From a virus (lineage: Duplodnaviria; Caudoviricetes), in IMG/VR virus record IMGVR_UViG_3300024259_000011: a stretch of DNA of 64,000 nucleotides. One strand, written 5' to 3'. Under the pieces are notes generated by a model. It was not told the DNA's origin. It was given only the letters and a program-made list of their open reading frames with translations, and did no database searches. The stretch's first letter is position 1. Every line of letters starts with the position of its first letter. Positions 58,501 through 64,000 of the stretch are shown piece by piece. The translations under genes and the position numbers were made by a program.

Positions 58501-59907
58501 GGCTAACTCGCCACGGAGACCAGAAACTTCTGGGTGTGCTCTGTAGATAATTGGATCGTGGAACTCATAGCCATTGTGACTACCAGAGGTCATAGCAGAG
58601 CCAGTATTTCTAACCTCTGCTACACCACCACGCCACCAACCATTTGAGATTCGACCAGAATAGTCCAGAACCGTTGCATCACGGCTAGCCGTATGCATAA
58701 CACCTTCGTTGAACTTATAATAAACTCCGAGACCAACGTTGGATAGATCAGTGTTGGTTCCGCCGGCGATCTGAGTGTGCCAGTATCTTCCAATCTGCTT
58801 GGCATCACGGACAAGCTTCCAATAACGAAACTCGTCCAGTGAAGCTGAAAGCTTTGCTCCGCCCTTGGCAATCGTTGTCGTATCGTAATACCCTGTGGCG
58901 CCGGAGGGTGGAGCACGTAGGGCGCCCAAGTTTGCGGTAATGGAGCCGGTGACTCGACCTAAGGCTGCAGAACCCAGCTTTGAAGAACCGCTGACTTGTC
59001 CGTTGACAAACAATCTTGCGTTAACGCCGTCATCGTCCGGATCATTCTTAAGAGTAATAGCATAATGTTTCCAAACACCGTCAGCAACATCTGATGGGGT
59101 GATGGTCGCGATGGGCTGATTGATGAATCCCGACGTACCTGATTGGGCTGTCAACCTGATGGCTGAGCCTGCATCGGCGCCGCCCGTAAGCTCGATCATT
59201 AATCGACCATAGCCGGCTGAAGATGAGTTCTCGTTGTTCCAAAGGTCGAAGATTACTTCGCGTTCGGTCTTGCTAGTATAGAAATCATTTTTAAGGAGCC
59301 AGAACTCAACGGTTACGCCTGTCCGGAGGTCAAACTCCATGTTGTATTCTCTGGCTGAGCCTGAGTCATAAACATTGGAAAATGTGAAAAGCTTTTTTGA
59401 GCTTACATCGTGAGTCTCAAACGTACGATCAGCCGAACCGGTGTGAGGACCAGCCTTAATCTCGATGTACTCAAGGATATTATTGCTGGTAGTGTCTGGC
59501 ATACCATAGCCGCCAACAGTCTCGTCCGAAGAACTGACCATGCTGAGCCAGTCGCCTGAACCAGAGGTGGTACCAAGAGAAACATAACCTGTTGATTTCG
59601 GGTATCGATTCTCGAATATCCAACGATCTAGATAAGAAGACGAGTTTTGAAACTCTACCTTTTCTGCGCGGGATCCGTCGTAAGGATAAGTGTTTGTGAT
59701 CCGCTCGATACTGTCAGTATAATATTTCTCAGCAGAGCCGTATCTGGCGAAGTTAGAGGCAGTCGAAAAATCCACTGAGGGTACAAAGGTATTCTTATCA
59801 ACAATATATGCTTCTACATACGCCTCAGACTCGGCTTCATATGATACCTTGTCAGCGCTGCTGGATTGTGTTGTTTTTGTACTCTCAAATAAATCTTTAA
59901 GACTCAT
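43537..59907 (-). CDS. Giant baseplate/tail-associated protein (5456 aa) with LamG/ConA-like domains
   Basis: Uninterrupted 16.4-kb ORF in the baseplate cluster; LamG patterns TVEFW...WKHYAIT...LFVNG...LDEFRYW and YSTWLW...WHLAVTYD...VYLNG...IDDITIWNRPLS. Confidence 0.8.
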   Translation of the reverse strand: MSLKDLFESTKTTQSSSADKVSYEAESEAYVEAYIVDKNTFVPSVDFSTASNFARYGSAEKYYTDSIERITNTYPYDGSRAEKVEFQNSSSYLDRWIFENRYPKSTGYVSLGTTSGSGDWLSMVSSSDETVGGYGMPDTTSNNILEYIEIKAGPHTGSADRTFETHDVSSKKLFTFSNVYDSGSAREYNMEFDLRTGVTVEFWLLKNDFYTSKTEREVIFDLWNNENSSSAGYGRLMIELTGGADAGSAIRLTAQSGTSGFINQPIATITPSDVADGVWKHYAITLKNDPDDDGVNARLFVNGQVSGSSKLGSAALGRVTGSITANLGALRAPPSGATGYYDTTTIAKGGAKLSASLDEFRYWKLVRDAKQIGRYWHTQIAGGTNTDLSNVGLGVYYKFNEGVMHTASRDATVLDYSGRISNGWWRGGVAEVRNTGSAMTSGSHNGYEFHDPIIYRAHPEVSGLRGELAASGSTHDNLNPSKIAAGFPSWTSEEGAEESETLSELTQIMGSYFDKLHLQIEAMGKIKERYSTAYTQNAHSASYKPIPFADKLVSQFGIATPELLQEAEFIENFLHRNEKKEYAETLADTRNQIYTNIYANLLYIFKSKGTEKSFRNMLRCFGVDDELVKLNVYSDQSDYVFKDNRRSTSNKTNYVSFSHPDRFQGTVYQAMSMSVDGVYDNPHAAAYITGSASGSAFGAYNPQTIECEVFFPLKDEPTDSTTWFQDSFFTASLFGAMGTVESTTDTRFPTDDGVDLRVMAIKDRLESKRAYFQLSSSNLGVLTSSYYEDIYDDTRWNFAVRVKPSKYPWQDQVSGSSSAATAAITTTGGPLTGETFTLTDAAGLAVGFIFKRAVTTVDGTKDGDNVIIGVNGALGSAASVGERIRDAINASDVAIAATEQTGPLRITLTQAAHGTAGNTSIDMSGVTTVTATSFNAGLDNSFDVEFYGVNMFTDLVQNEFSVSTTVSEAVGKTFLSSSKRCYAGALHQDFTSSTVLHYSNVDVGNLRYWMSYIPDNVVLAHAMDESNYGTTSPYENAFVYQSAMSGVYVPQLATLALHWNFDNVTGSGDSPTTALNTQDAQFIVHDMSSGSADHGDRYKEEFSPQVRMQHLGIGDFFLDNKTNVVNTRYIPTAKMVLPEYLYSSDMVEIRRRDDEFFTRETRPSKVVYALEKSMYQTISEEMINMFATLKDFDNLIGEPVNRYRHEYKDLAKLRQLFFERIGNTPDLDKYVDYYKWVDGAVSRFLEQLMPASAYSSEGLRTMVESHILERNKYQTKFPSMEFHGDPPIAGAEGINKLLYDYQRGRAPLPRDIHSISSVEVGSTGSAEMMDDNENCLWWSRRADREHPILAATALRATSGSANDLHHSGTLASRTGIFSASAQTFNRQYTTPYKYSVHRSTIIHGGINYDDIKKLDYVYPATVPFSPRPLDYHIYGGFPLGYLLAKDMDKDASPSASLPNCDTPTSSSYGGVVKREGYKVIDGWETFKSNAGGQYVAGGAYTPDWGSGSYTTFRGNLVMPFNVISSSTEDVNAGYTALINQELTVYTGTGIAITSTSSDGTYTHKIGQAYFDPPSQITTKVGGLGRGVNLVNLHTDTYGEDKELPLQGPFTEKYVGGRRYRHADVNDGTHTIQNREEGFLMLISTAMSYSDGVIDATSGGVGLVGPDYPYPHGPYPFAQGDATNWRPIGGRYYRDETAKRPVNIRNIQMKTASAGDYYLYPETQNVGRHKVVNIYAGNSKGVTWPASGDAAGDVLYVSASIYGPYTAVTNTVRHVHSETPDYSSNPFYFSGSNAKFTYSTWLWMKDDGTNRRLITMGSAKYGPSGEYGGWTIDKTANDFLSIRLPTTSDALQEQGQTTYGRHAQWVTATGSMTLNSDESGSYLTDNEGWWHLAVTYDATQGGTSGSDGFEIDTDAKPKVYLNGTEQTVTTNIAPAKFVIEMTSSHAFRKDSSNNALNIAPAVVIGGNISAPASYEFSGSIDDITIWNRPLSQGEVRELMGNGGYYSHPNTASGGPPFVVRTLAYQSDTGSLLAWWRMGDHSSDHSLTSQGKNSVLFYDGRNEYDTDRLGTRWEDDALYGIYNLTAAQNSTVATQFAYNTQPLTPATGTADTWVIDYHNQIATGSARTIIGNYRKNYEVVHTVGRSVQKPFLRDNQSVRNILQTGSFAEVSGNVNTAGVSASWSATTPTNIVELPATTHVETFLTQRHSFLPNSTTGDPQHLSSTDNTDVFVYNYLADPHSSASVADGARVIVSAIKGGGAGTDDQHVYMDFEVQNRASSSTNLDTIFANRFSAPGGPRNQSKGFLDLAAEEYSVYNAYPWRNLEVLGSSSGEQYNISASTHDMAAHPRLGLQSLRRLPMGRFGLPTVTSGATAGTYDTQASWHKVNRNPSFGFRSGRSDEEADLDPTSVARKVAIGNLYSTLPTAGSTVIIQDATGSSHHYQWKNSVDDTGVDVTDLTKAGTAADPYLIGIHTTASAIADSAANITALGNAIKGTTGFGVSDYTNRSSNYYQVIILTYALSGTLANSIDWSNAAEARNELGTWFTVDGGAAVGEQGTSWGDTQMGAGALPAVVDRWRYDNDYVTRPIPQNDYQYAWISASLAPSGSDSTLPQLGYGYHLSSLNIPTLTGSRPVDPILFNSASDAGSAIGDTDTHANSDDRGFRYFGIAKSLGYQDIPNVQTLNLNLREEQNTWLSDASGAVALGFFASGGILPADDKQVIGANTNDRRGGFAYGSRIGSLHNYLNGTFLFNDGRESVSGIGPTIHNSEKIHLQGAFVGDSDGTSPDLWDNEKIRYDVTPMYWSGAAGTFTHENVDFTPSSTDHQHYAINQSVASIFNSLMWKRNGPYGYPTWKQIRTGEHILARTMRENNRYVLVDPQSDRVENPAPGFVGRRRYKSRMRGKDAVAAFKRLGHINTAERTHHHYYVPVVDRSSKSMITTIQVGDFTEAHFSPGLGTMGGPEGTHYSTTEDLLYVKSTYQNNLKNFPINKLNTDVGLLNYKSERTVFDDLYEMYTEKTDINGDNAYTLVSLIYRETIFPRAKNVGRAGYRSRARFDAGFWAADDDAEMQHLDDESHLVDYDPVGRRTYFDETGDPRSPRTAFRFHLGPDASTYYWSTTDTIYSVFHNQESKENNVQYIEYSASVWPMDGGSINLERNSTALTDRKDMLGARAGGVDGSLEAAQFRASGSDALSHNRGFMRGRSIEKAHTFGAPGILQNQFTWFHNGMKYGWDPTNIADSTRIPVVSSSTVSVNSYQNIAEMIGNTRVDPAGYMVSERYVVCAASNIAFGPSYARPHMLVGRDSYCSPSAGKAAYSRRFNFASETSELTGASSYGKGDGLSPMFPGINHEYATSDDNDEYSIADGINSNQFCTIPHTSSIAPKPYDLGDRIVSQLTRSIGHTVEGLYVSDWKWKAPEQSGKAPFYANYSDWFEEMRGKSQDRQVLPEYRISDRIPFFVLDKQGRFKSRDSEWLSLIGNPSSSAGGPLTGSSHTAKIGSTVTSSFVSDYAITAKPALFDAIRSKHTDIAEPYQLTLTCDAVLKFLPYEGFYPQLRTVDLCKQFINSYDEHVTFKSDMGVNDKPSSFVRADSSGSIRPPKSALPWYGFNPWHRVPEGQVYGSMLIGAAAAKLQFVINSAGPSVGQALTIADYSNNTVIYTVAQANTVGTDTVGWEKMSTATTVAGAIERANAFRHAIERGDHKNTLIAYISHVAGSYVELTIISVLAGSNGNRTMSENCTGIHIGSNFAGGGTNTAHTLTTAMFYSDVDKGGYDFNLDEIVDPTSPRVGGSGKRYSSGFETHGRNAAAAKRPFYGPFMAPGILFNTIKSGIAVDYPVLNRKLATTSSVDRDGGRNYQILNEYFDNRLPFETLVEPEKYLTNVPLVDMEPHPSASMNVTASWNGQGDPLYKMMMHNFLAEVPSFFLADGKMQSFTSLPESDGNFGQVSAVVHNGDQIIPEYRMMVKVWKSQESVAVSTTPSSSNHWANHRGPLKPIPTLTHAGTPSGTMPFLGQYEPCYYTDVVGMEARGYQRGFGGALTEGVEYGAFGGSTSGSYDPDGGDSQAADDGGLWTSDGGFGVGNPIADYQSPYGQDYAKEESQYPRPQIIAPETITMYSRPSAFGPPCAGGYAFQPELEYMYTGSVAPMSMSFAAGAGSHVPGSGTVGKVADRIGTTYGMKDSTNGYNAPFTPPYYDGQAWALVTFKPTRTGKHYLDDIWENTTVNFLRYEFDYVSGAYGDWGTVGPQGYAMNVNAMQVDAAVKIKGKTQIKEVTYDALTGQPLSVSDSLDTSTRNSAWVIETKFETPILHFGYGLTDNQSAPTLSGSASGSCLVERNGYHHGYAGLCEPIGMWHQYGEIPSASQGIYLEIGDIPEPYTLHGTEMTIANPKWLQVTGSPDWNCGSTANLRTWKSGSTEYYGAVDWDGHISGTFTNSIVNKTNGILLAGEGYRFSGSFSGSADAFIVSRQTIDNPDMVSGRSGAREDNSGAQQYMRWRLMSTGSLAGIIADMTHLQLISADDGTILDTTWGCPITRTSAVAPGISGSAPCYERGFYITAEVTGSNIISGSAHAGGSTSTHAMASFQVDGDPDGTPTPPALNQTITITDYAGASQVYTAKDATDAANGQFIRSGVSNQVVATAIVLCINTLQGSTIEATAHAQHGLGTDRIILRSVKGGQAGNDTGVTDAGSANIVWSSATGFNITTGNAATDQNLPNFNYGHIGGPNLAGGATKAASPIDLQTHLNRGYPGTSSARQRLMGIGKLTGSFNDEGGPIPFRNYYSQWEHSVPNNPNVDVAALAAGYRSPLHKNKRGVIPEEPHFSNNIGTGSFGDALGASFYSHAYDNTHPYYTNKLGYEVKTFSTGTLLHLTHSAQGTAHYGPLVGGKIPANTFNTSYVVSSSVGQGKADILCGYTGSYSRRGEGGGDTPANRQLVADHIIDGPLSGTAPVFPNGNRLISGFTAGETSYQRWASDYYYAGDSNDSPANCSGSLTAQGTGGGGEKAGVQGFHADGTLPGLAADNAYSTNHLRSLEDIYPLGMRGWDATAAGWVSNSTGSHANRGKSIPEQFIIDPIEMWYSNPVHIANVRTADMNLRSPIMTLQGFGLGNPAKYLHKIQDAVGSPRTVPSGKFLPRSGIPALTRSLGSLVGFDPTAKKLGQVAEVKKVKEAVVAMPYIMVRGRRHFVELNRDQIDRYYGRNDYENVTYWSALENGLSLEGKAKSPKSGLQVNLGASVLRQMRLMEDYVLPPHLDFARNDTANPYAMYMFEFEHQFDGQDLADMWQGLYPDSGKVMKQVTKSVTHDLNVLELLGAASDTGGTKVPPQIRFMVFKIKQRAAINYFAKTSDDTDDSRFRFKFKNASSTTTPDWSYNWPYDFFSLVETTKLDMSISLKNKKLISDIELQDLSQQITMAPTMDTGESGASAVTSLASSVLESSRRMSMRASTSAAASAAVGASWGSPSVGRR

Positions 59908-61405
59908 GTTTCTCTACTCTGAACTTAAACGCCTCTGGTTGCTCCACATAAGAGCTGAGTGCGCCGTTATAATATGCGAATTGGATAGCGTATCCATAGC
60001 CCGGTTCTAGTAGTTCCATGTCCAAGTCAAAATAGTTGCCTGAGACATCGAATGATAACTGTGTTTCCATGGTGCTACCGGTGCCGTGAGGGATTACTAC
60101 ATAATCGTCTGTAATTCTGTAAATCTTGAAGGAGCCACTGTCAATACTCAAATTGGGGATTGTAGCGGTTGCCTTAGAATAAATAGATGGGCTCCAACCT
60201 TTTTCGCGAACGAAAAGCCTGAATCTAGCTGTTTCATCTGGGTGGTAAGTCGCCTTAAGGTTAGTAATCTTTGTTACATGTATGGGCGTGGGATTGTAGT
60301 CGGAAGCTTCCAGCAGTTCTGGGTAGATGGAGCCTGTATGCCATTGGGTGCCATCGACCTCCCCTGTACACCAAACATCGAACAATCTATTTACAGGAGT
60401 TGATGCTGCAGTCATGCAGACATCCACACTATAGACGCCTGTTGAGACCCAACTTCCAGTAGCTGGAGTGGATGAGGACATCTCGTCGGACACGGATACT
60501 TGAATCAAAGAATTGGTTGCCGGCTGGGAGTTGTCTGCAGAGCCAGAGTACATATGAACATATACGCTTCCAGTGCCGCCAGCCTCTCCGTGAGACGCGC
60601 TCACTTGAGGCAAGTTCTTTAACTGCCCTCTGACATAGTTGTATAAAAAGAGCGTATTTTTATTATCGTCTGCCTCTGCCAAAGAACTACTGTAGAAGAA
60701 GTTTGCTCTGTCGTCCTTGTCGGCAGAATCCCAGCGAGCCTCGATAACGGGGCGCTTATAAAAGTACTGGCTTGACCTTGCAAAGAACTTTTTGCTGTAA
60801 TAGGAGCTAGATGCGACTTCGTGGCTAGAGGATAGCATGACTCCGACACCATAGTTTGTGTAAGTGTCGGCTAGCCAGTACTCAACCATGCCTGTAATAT
60901 CAACTTCCAAGTCTTCCGTGCCATCGATGAAGTTGGTAGAGTAGACCAAGCTGGTTTGATAGTCGCCGCCGGGGGCTGTCCAAGCTGTCACGCCGCTGGA
61001 CTGGCTTTGTGCCGCAGTCCAGTTGGCATATCCATAATCGGTATAAGAGTCTGCGTCGATGCCGGTGCCTTCATCCCAGTTTCTAGAGATCGCTTTAACC
61101 ATTAAAGTGAAGTTTGTAGGCACCGTAAAGGGATGAACCGCATTAAACATACGCAAGTAAAATGAAACGTTTCCGCTAGCAGGTAATGAGCCGCCGGAGC
61201 GGTCTGAAGTGATGTTGTCTGTTGGGAACTTGACCAATAGGCGAGAGTTCTCGGAAGATGTTCCCTGCGCTTGTCCATAAATATGAAAGATCTCCATACT
61301 GTCTGCTGCGCCCATGTTTGAGCCAGTCGCATGTGAGGTCATGTTTGCCTTGAAAGCATTCGTGATAGTCGTGTCTGCAAACGCAGTATATCTTTTAATG
61401 CCCAT
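59897..61405 (-). CDS. Baseplate-region protein with a DNRLRE/CBM96-like N-terminal domain (502 aa)
   Basis: SRLLVKF...SRNWDEG...WTAPGGDY...DLEVDITGMVEYW...NYGVGV...RPVIEARW pattern; between gp6 and the giant gene. Confidence 0.6.
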   Translation of the reverse strand: MGIKRYTAFADTTITNAFKANMTSHATGSNMGAADSMEIFHIYGQAQGTSSENSRLLVKFPTDNITSDRSGGSLPASGNVSFYLRMFNAVHPFTVPTNFTLMVKAISRNWDEGTGIDADSYTDYGYANWTAAQSQSSGVTAWTAPGGDYQTSLVYSTNFIDGTEDLEVDITGMVEYWLADTYTNYGVGVMLSSSHEVASSSYYSKKFFARSSQYFYKRPVIEARWDSADKDDRANFFYSSSLAEADDNKNTLFLYNYVRGQLKNLPQVSASHGEAGGTGSVYVHMYSGSADNSQPATNSLIQVSVSDEMSSSTPATGSWVSTGVYSVDVCMTAASTPVNRLFDVWCTGEVDGTQWHTGSIYPELLEASDYNPTPIHVTKITNLKATYHPDETARFRLFVREKGWSPSIYSKATATIPNLSIDSGSFKIYRITDDYVVIPHGTGSTMETQLSFDVSGNYFDLDMELLEPGYGYAIQFAYYNGALSSYVEQPEAFKFRVEKHES

Positions 61406-63222
61406 TAGACTGTAACTCCCTTGATATCTTCAAACAAATACTTGATCTCCAGAACAACATTCTCGGGTGTCACCAAGAAGCGACCGTCTGGGGTCTTTTG
61501 CTTCTCAAAGTCGAAACGAACGTCGGAGTATTTATCGCCGATCTTTTTAGTAACATCAACATCAACAACATCCGAAACTCCATCGATTCTGCCAAGAGTG
61601 CGATAGACTTCTGTAATCTCCAAAGGCTCGCCAATATCATGCTTGTGGCGATACCGGCGCCTCAGAACTTTTGAGCACTTTGAGAGGACATCATATTTGT
61701 TCTTGCCCGCTTCAACAACGATGGCATATTCAATACCAAAATTCACAATCTTTGCATCCAAAATGTCAATAGTATCATTAATCATTCTATTCTCATTTAG
61801 CCAAACTTTCAAATTGTTTTTCAATGCTCCGTTGGCGGGAACAAATCGGCGCCTTTCATCCTCGGAAATAATGTAAATATTAAGGTTTCTCTTGAACGAA
61901 TCTGTGTCCTGTAAAACGTTGCAGCGAGTAATCGCTCCGAACTGCGGGGGCATAGAATAGATCAGGGCTTGGTAGTCCTTTTTCGTTACTGCGCGGTTTT
62001 GAGTCGCATAGTTATCGATGGTTAAACGACGGATTTCGTCTACGCTTGGGAGCGAAACATCACCGACAACGCGCTCATCATTTGAACATTCAAACGAGCC
62101 TTTAATATCATTAACTTTGGTCTCGCTCAAAGAGGCGCGATTGGCAAATTTAACTTTAAGATTCTTAATCTGAGTAACTGAGTTCGGGGCAGCGGTTGGA
62201 CTACTAGTCGTGTTAACTCTATATTGTACTTTAAGAGAAGTGTTAGAAGGTCCAACGCCGAACTTATCACTCTTGATAAGATTGGTTGGATCAAACGAAG
62301 TGTCTGTGATATAGTTTCTGGCGTGGAGATCCATGACAACGTTTGCTGGGTCTAATAAGTCTCCAGTAACGGAGCCGGCTTTGAGTTCACTCTCAGAGCC
62401 GTAGCCAAATACAAGGTATGTTCTTAGTTGGTCTCTTTCCACTACAAAGCGACGTGGAACTGCAAAAGGTTTCATAATCGCCTGAACATTGTTGCGGTGA
62501 ACTCCTAGATTCGGCACTTCTCGATATACCACGTCTTGTGACAAGTAGTCTACCTCATAATAGTCATGACCTTCTGTGTCACGAACCCGAAGGATTTCTG
62601 CTACGTTGTTACCAACCAACTCGATTCTACGGAACTTTTTAAAGCCGTCAATGTTTATTTCTTGACGTGCGATGACCCCAGATACAATACTTCCTCTGGC
62701 GCGTACGACGTAATAGGTAGGGGCGCCGTTCTCATCAACGCGACCGACGACAACTTCGTTTGACGAGTGAGCGAAGTCCACATCCTGAGTTAGCACAAAC
62801 CCATCGCCACCCTTTGAACCGAACTGGCTACCCTTCAAAGCGATAGGGAGGTAAGATGTGTCCGGACCCAGACCAGTTGTAGCGGCAGGGCAAAGACAGT
62901 ATAATGTAATAATGCCATATGTGCTCGGCTTTCCTTTAAACTTGTAACCTAGTTGGCGGCTCAATCGAATAACATTATTGTATTCGAGAGCACTGTCAAG
63001 GAACATCTCGTTAACTGAGAAGTCCAAGTAGAAGGATAATACGTCACCAACATAGGCAACGCTATCCAGAATCATTGCACCAAAAGATGCCTCACTAAAG
63101 TCCTTGTATGTATCAGGATAGTAGCGCTTGGCATAATCTGTTAGCTCTGCCTTAATGCTGCCAAAATCTCTCGCGGTATACTTGATTGGAACCTGTTTGC
63201 TCTCGTCATCCCATTTTGCCAT
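61405..63222 (-). CDS. gp6: Baseplate wedge protein (T4 gp6 / baseplate J-like)
   Basis: RDFGSIKAEL...DFSEASFGAMILDSVAYVGDVLSFYLD, SRQLGYK and QNRAVTKKDY motifs; downstream of gp25. Confidence 0.88.
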   Translation of the reverse strand: MAKWDDESKQVPIKYTARDFGSIKAELTDYAKRYYPDTYKDFSEASFGAMILDSVAYVGDVLSFYLDFSVNEMFLDSALEYNNVIRLSRQLGYKFKGKPSTYGIITLYCLCPAATTGLGPDTSYLPIALKGSQFGSKGGDGFVLTQDVDFAHSSNEVVVGRVDENGAPTYYVVRARGSIVSGVIARQEINIDGFKKFRRIELVGNNVAEILRVRDTEGHDYYEVDYLSQDVVYREVPNLGVHRNNVQAIMKPFAVPRRFVVERDQLRTYLVFGYGSESELKAGSVTGDLLDPANVVMDLHARNYITDTSFDPTNLIKSDKFGVGPSNTSLKVQYRVNTTSSPTAAPNSVTQIKNLKVKFANRASLSETKVNDIKGSFECSNDERVVGDVSLPSVDEIRRLTIDNYATQNRAVTKKDYQALIYSMPPQFGAITRCNVLQDTDSFKRNLNIYIISEDERRRFVPANGALKNNLKVWLNENRMINDTIDILDAKIVNFGIEYAIVVEAGKNKYDVLSKCSKVLRRRYRHKHDIGEPLEITEVYRTLGRIDGVSDVVDVDVTKKIGDKYSDVRFDFEKQKTPDGRFLVTPENVVLEIKYLFEDIKGVTV

Positions 63223-63245
63223 TTATATGTATCTCCTGCAAATAA

Positions 63246-63255
63246 TAAGTAGTTT
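63246..63255 (-). promoter_or_regulatory. Putative late-promoter motif AAACTACTTA upstream of gp6
   Basis: Intergenic copy in the context AAACTACTTATTATT, followed by a GGAG SD. Confidence 0.6.
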
Positions 63256-63260
63256 CTTTC

Positions 63261-63650
63261 TCAACTTACTGACACTTCAAGCTCGCTGCGACGATTCAAG
63301 GGTTTGATGTTGAAAATAATTTTAATCTGAATAGTATTATCCGGCACTGTGTCGTGCCCCAAGCCTTGGGAAGCGAACTTAATATCTAGTATTTCTAAAT
63401 ACGGTAGCCAGCGACCGGCTTGTTTATAAATTATGCCTGAAAGTGTGCCGTAAGTAGAAGGGTGATCCACTTCAAAGAGGAATCTCCTTACGCCGCAACC
63501 GAAGTCAGGAATCATTATCCTTTCCCCGGGCGAAGTCAGTAAAAGCATTTTCAAGTTTTGAACCACTAGATCATGATAATTCTTGTTAAGTTTGATTCCG
63601 TCTTTAGAATCAATAGTCAGCGGTGCTACTGGTGATAGTCCTTCTGCCAT
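63261..63650 (-). CDS. gp25: Baseplate sheath-initiator protein (T4 gp25-like)
   Basis: QNLKMLLLTSPGERIMIPDFGCGVRRFLFE is the gp25/GPW signature. Confidence 0.92.
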   Translation of the reverse strand: MAEGLSPVAPLTIDSKDGIKLNKNYHDLVVQNLKMLLLTSPGERIMIPDFGCGVRRFLFEVDHPSTYGTLSGIIYKQAGRWLPYLEILDIKFASQGLGHDTVPDNTIQIKIIFNIKPLNRRSELEVSVS

Positions 63651-64000
63651 TATTCATCAGCCTCCCCTTCGTCGGGATTGCAATCTGCGTCCTCGCCGGT
63701 CCCATCGGGTGGTGGTGGTACCATGACGCCAGACTTACCCATTCGCATGTTGTGTTTTTCCATTGGGGTCAGTGCTCCTAAAGCTAAGTATGCTAAGCCA
63801 AGCGGGGTAATCGGTGGTCCGATGCCCGGTCCAAACGGCGGAGGTGGAATCAAGTTGAAGGGCAAAGCCATCAAAGTTGATGGAAACTTCTTGATTGCTC
63901 CTTGGTCGCCATCAGCAGCTACTCTAATTAGTTTCGCAATCATGATATTCGGATCTATTGCTTCACATATTCCCTTAAAAAGCATAGGAATTGTATTTAA
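63650..64000 (-). CDS. C-terminal part of a protein that probably begins beyond the right edge
   Basis: Frame stays open from 63985 to the edge (..LNTIPMLFKG..) and no SD precedes the ATG at 63985; Pro/Gly-rich hydrophobic C-terminus. Confidence 0.6.
   Translation of the reverse strand, partial: LNTIPMLFKGICEAIDPNIMIAKLIRVAADGDQGAIKKFPSTLMALPFNLIPPPPFGPGIGPPITPLGLAYLALGALTPMEKHNMRMGKSGVMVPPPPDGTGEDADCNPDEGEADE

Noticed and set aside
1-64000. Genome-wide stop-codon reassignment, as seen in some jumbo phages
   Set aside because: Conserved genes are full length under the standard code and TAA, TAG and TGA all end genes (for example MCP TAG, ruvC TGA, portal TAA).
1-64000. tRNA, rRNA, tmRNA or integrase/transposase genes
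   Set aside because: Intergenic gaps are at most about 210 nt and are explained by terminators, promoter motifs and RBSs; no cloverleaf or recombinase motif was seen.

Overview
A 64-kb segment of a large, T4-superfamily-like myovirus (jumbo-phage style) genome. Essentially every supportable gene lies on the minus strand and uses the standard code. In transcription order (right to left) it carries: baseplate genes (gp25-like, gp6-like, a DNRLRE/CBM96-like protein, a 5456-aa LamG-bearing giant, several unknown structural proteins with two paralog pairs); an HPD-motif J-domain-like protein; RuvC; a replication/recombination island (sigma70 promoter, DnaG primase, single-chain Mre11-Rad50/SbcD-SbcC fusion); a probable lysis cassette; terminase large subunit; portal; head-assembly genes with prohead protease; a phage ribosomal protein bS21 with basic extensions; a 1772-aa repeat fibre; scaffold; major capsid protein; a decoration-like protein; neck proteins (gp13/gp14/gp15-like); a 975-aa fibre; and the N-terminal part of the tail sheath, which the ORF track misses. 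Non-coding signals are three intrinsic terminators, a recurrent AACTAHTTA motif (putative late promoter) and one consensus sigma70 promoter. The items most worth a second look are the extended bS21, an unannotated 22-codon Cys-rich ORF ending in a UGA that sits at the base of a hairpin, the late-promoter motif embedded in coding 3' ends, the J-domain gene among baseplate genes, and a mobile ~120-aa domain inserted four times in the giant protein. All product calls come from motif recognition and synteny by eye; no database search was run.
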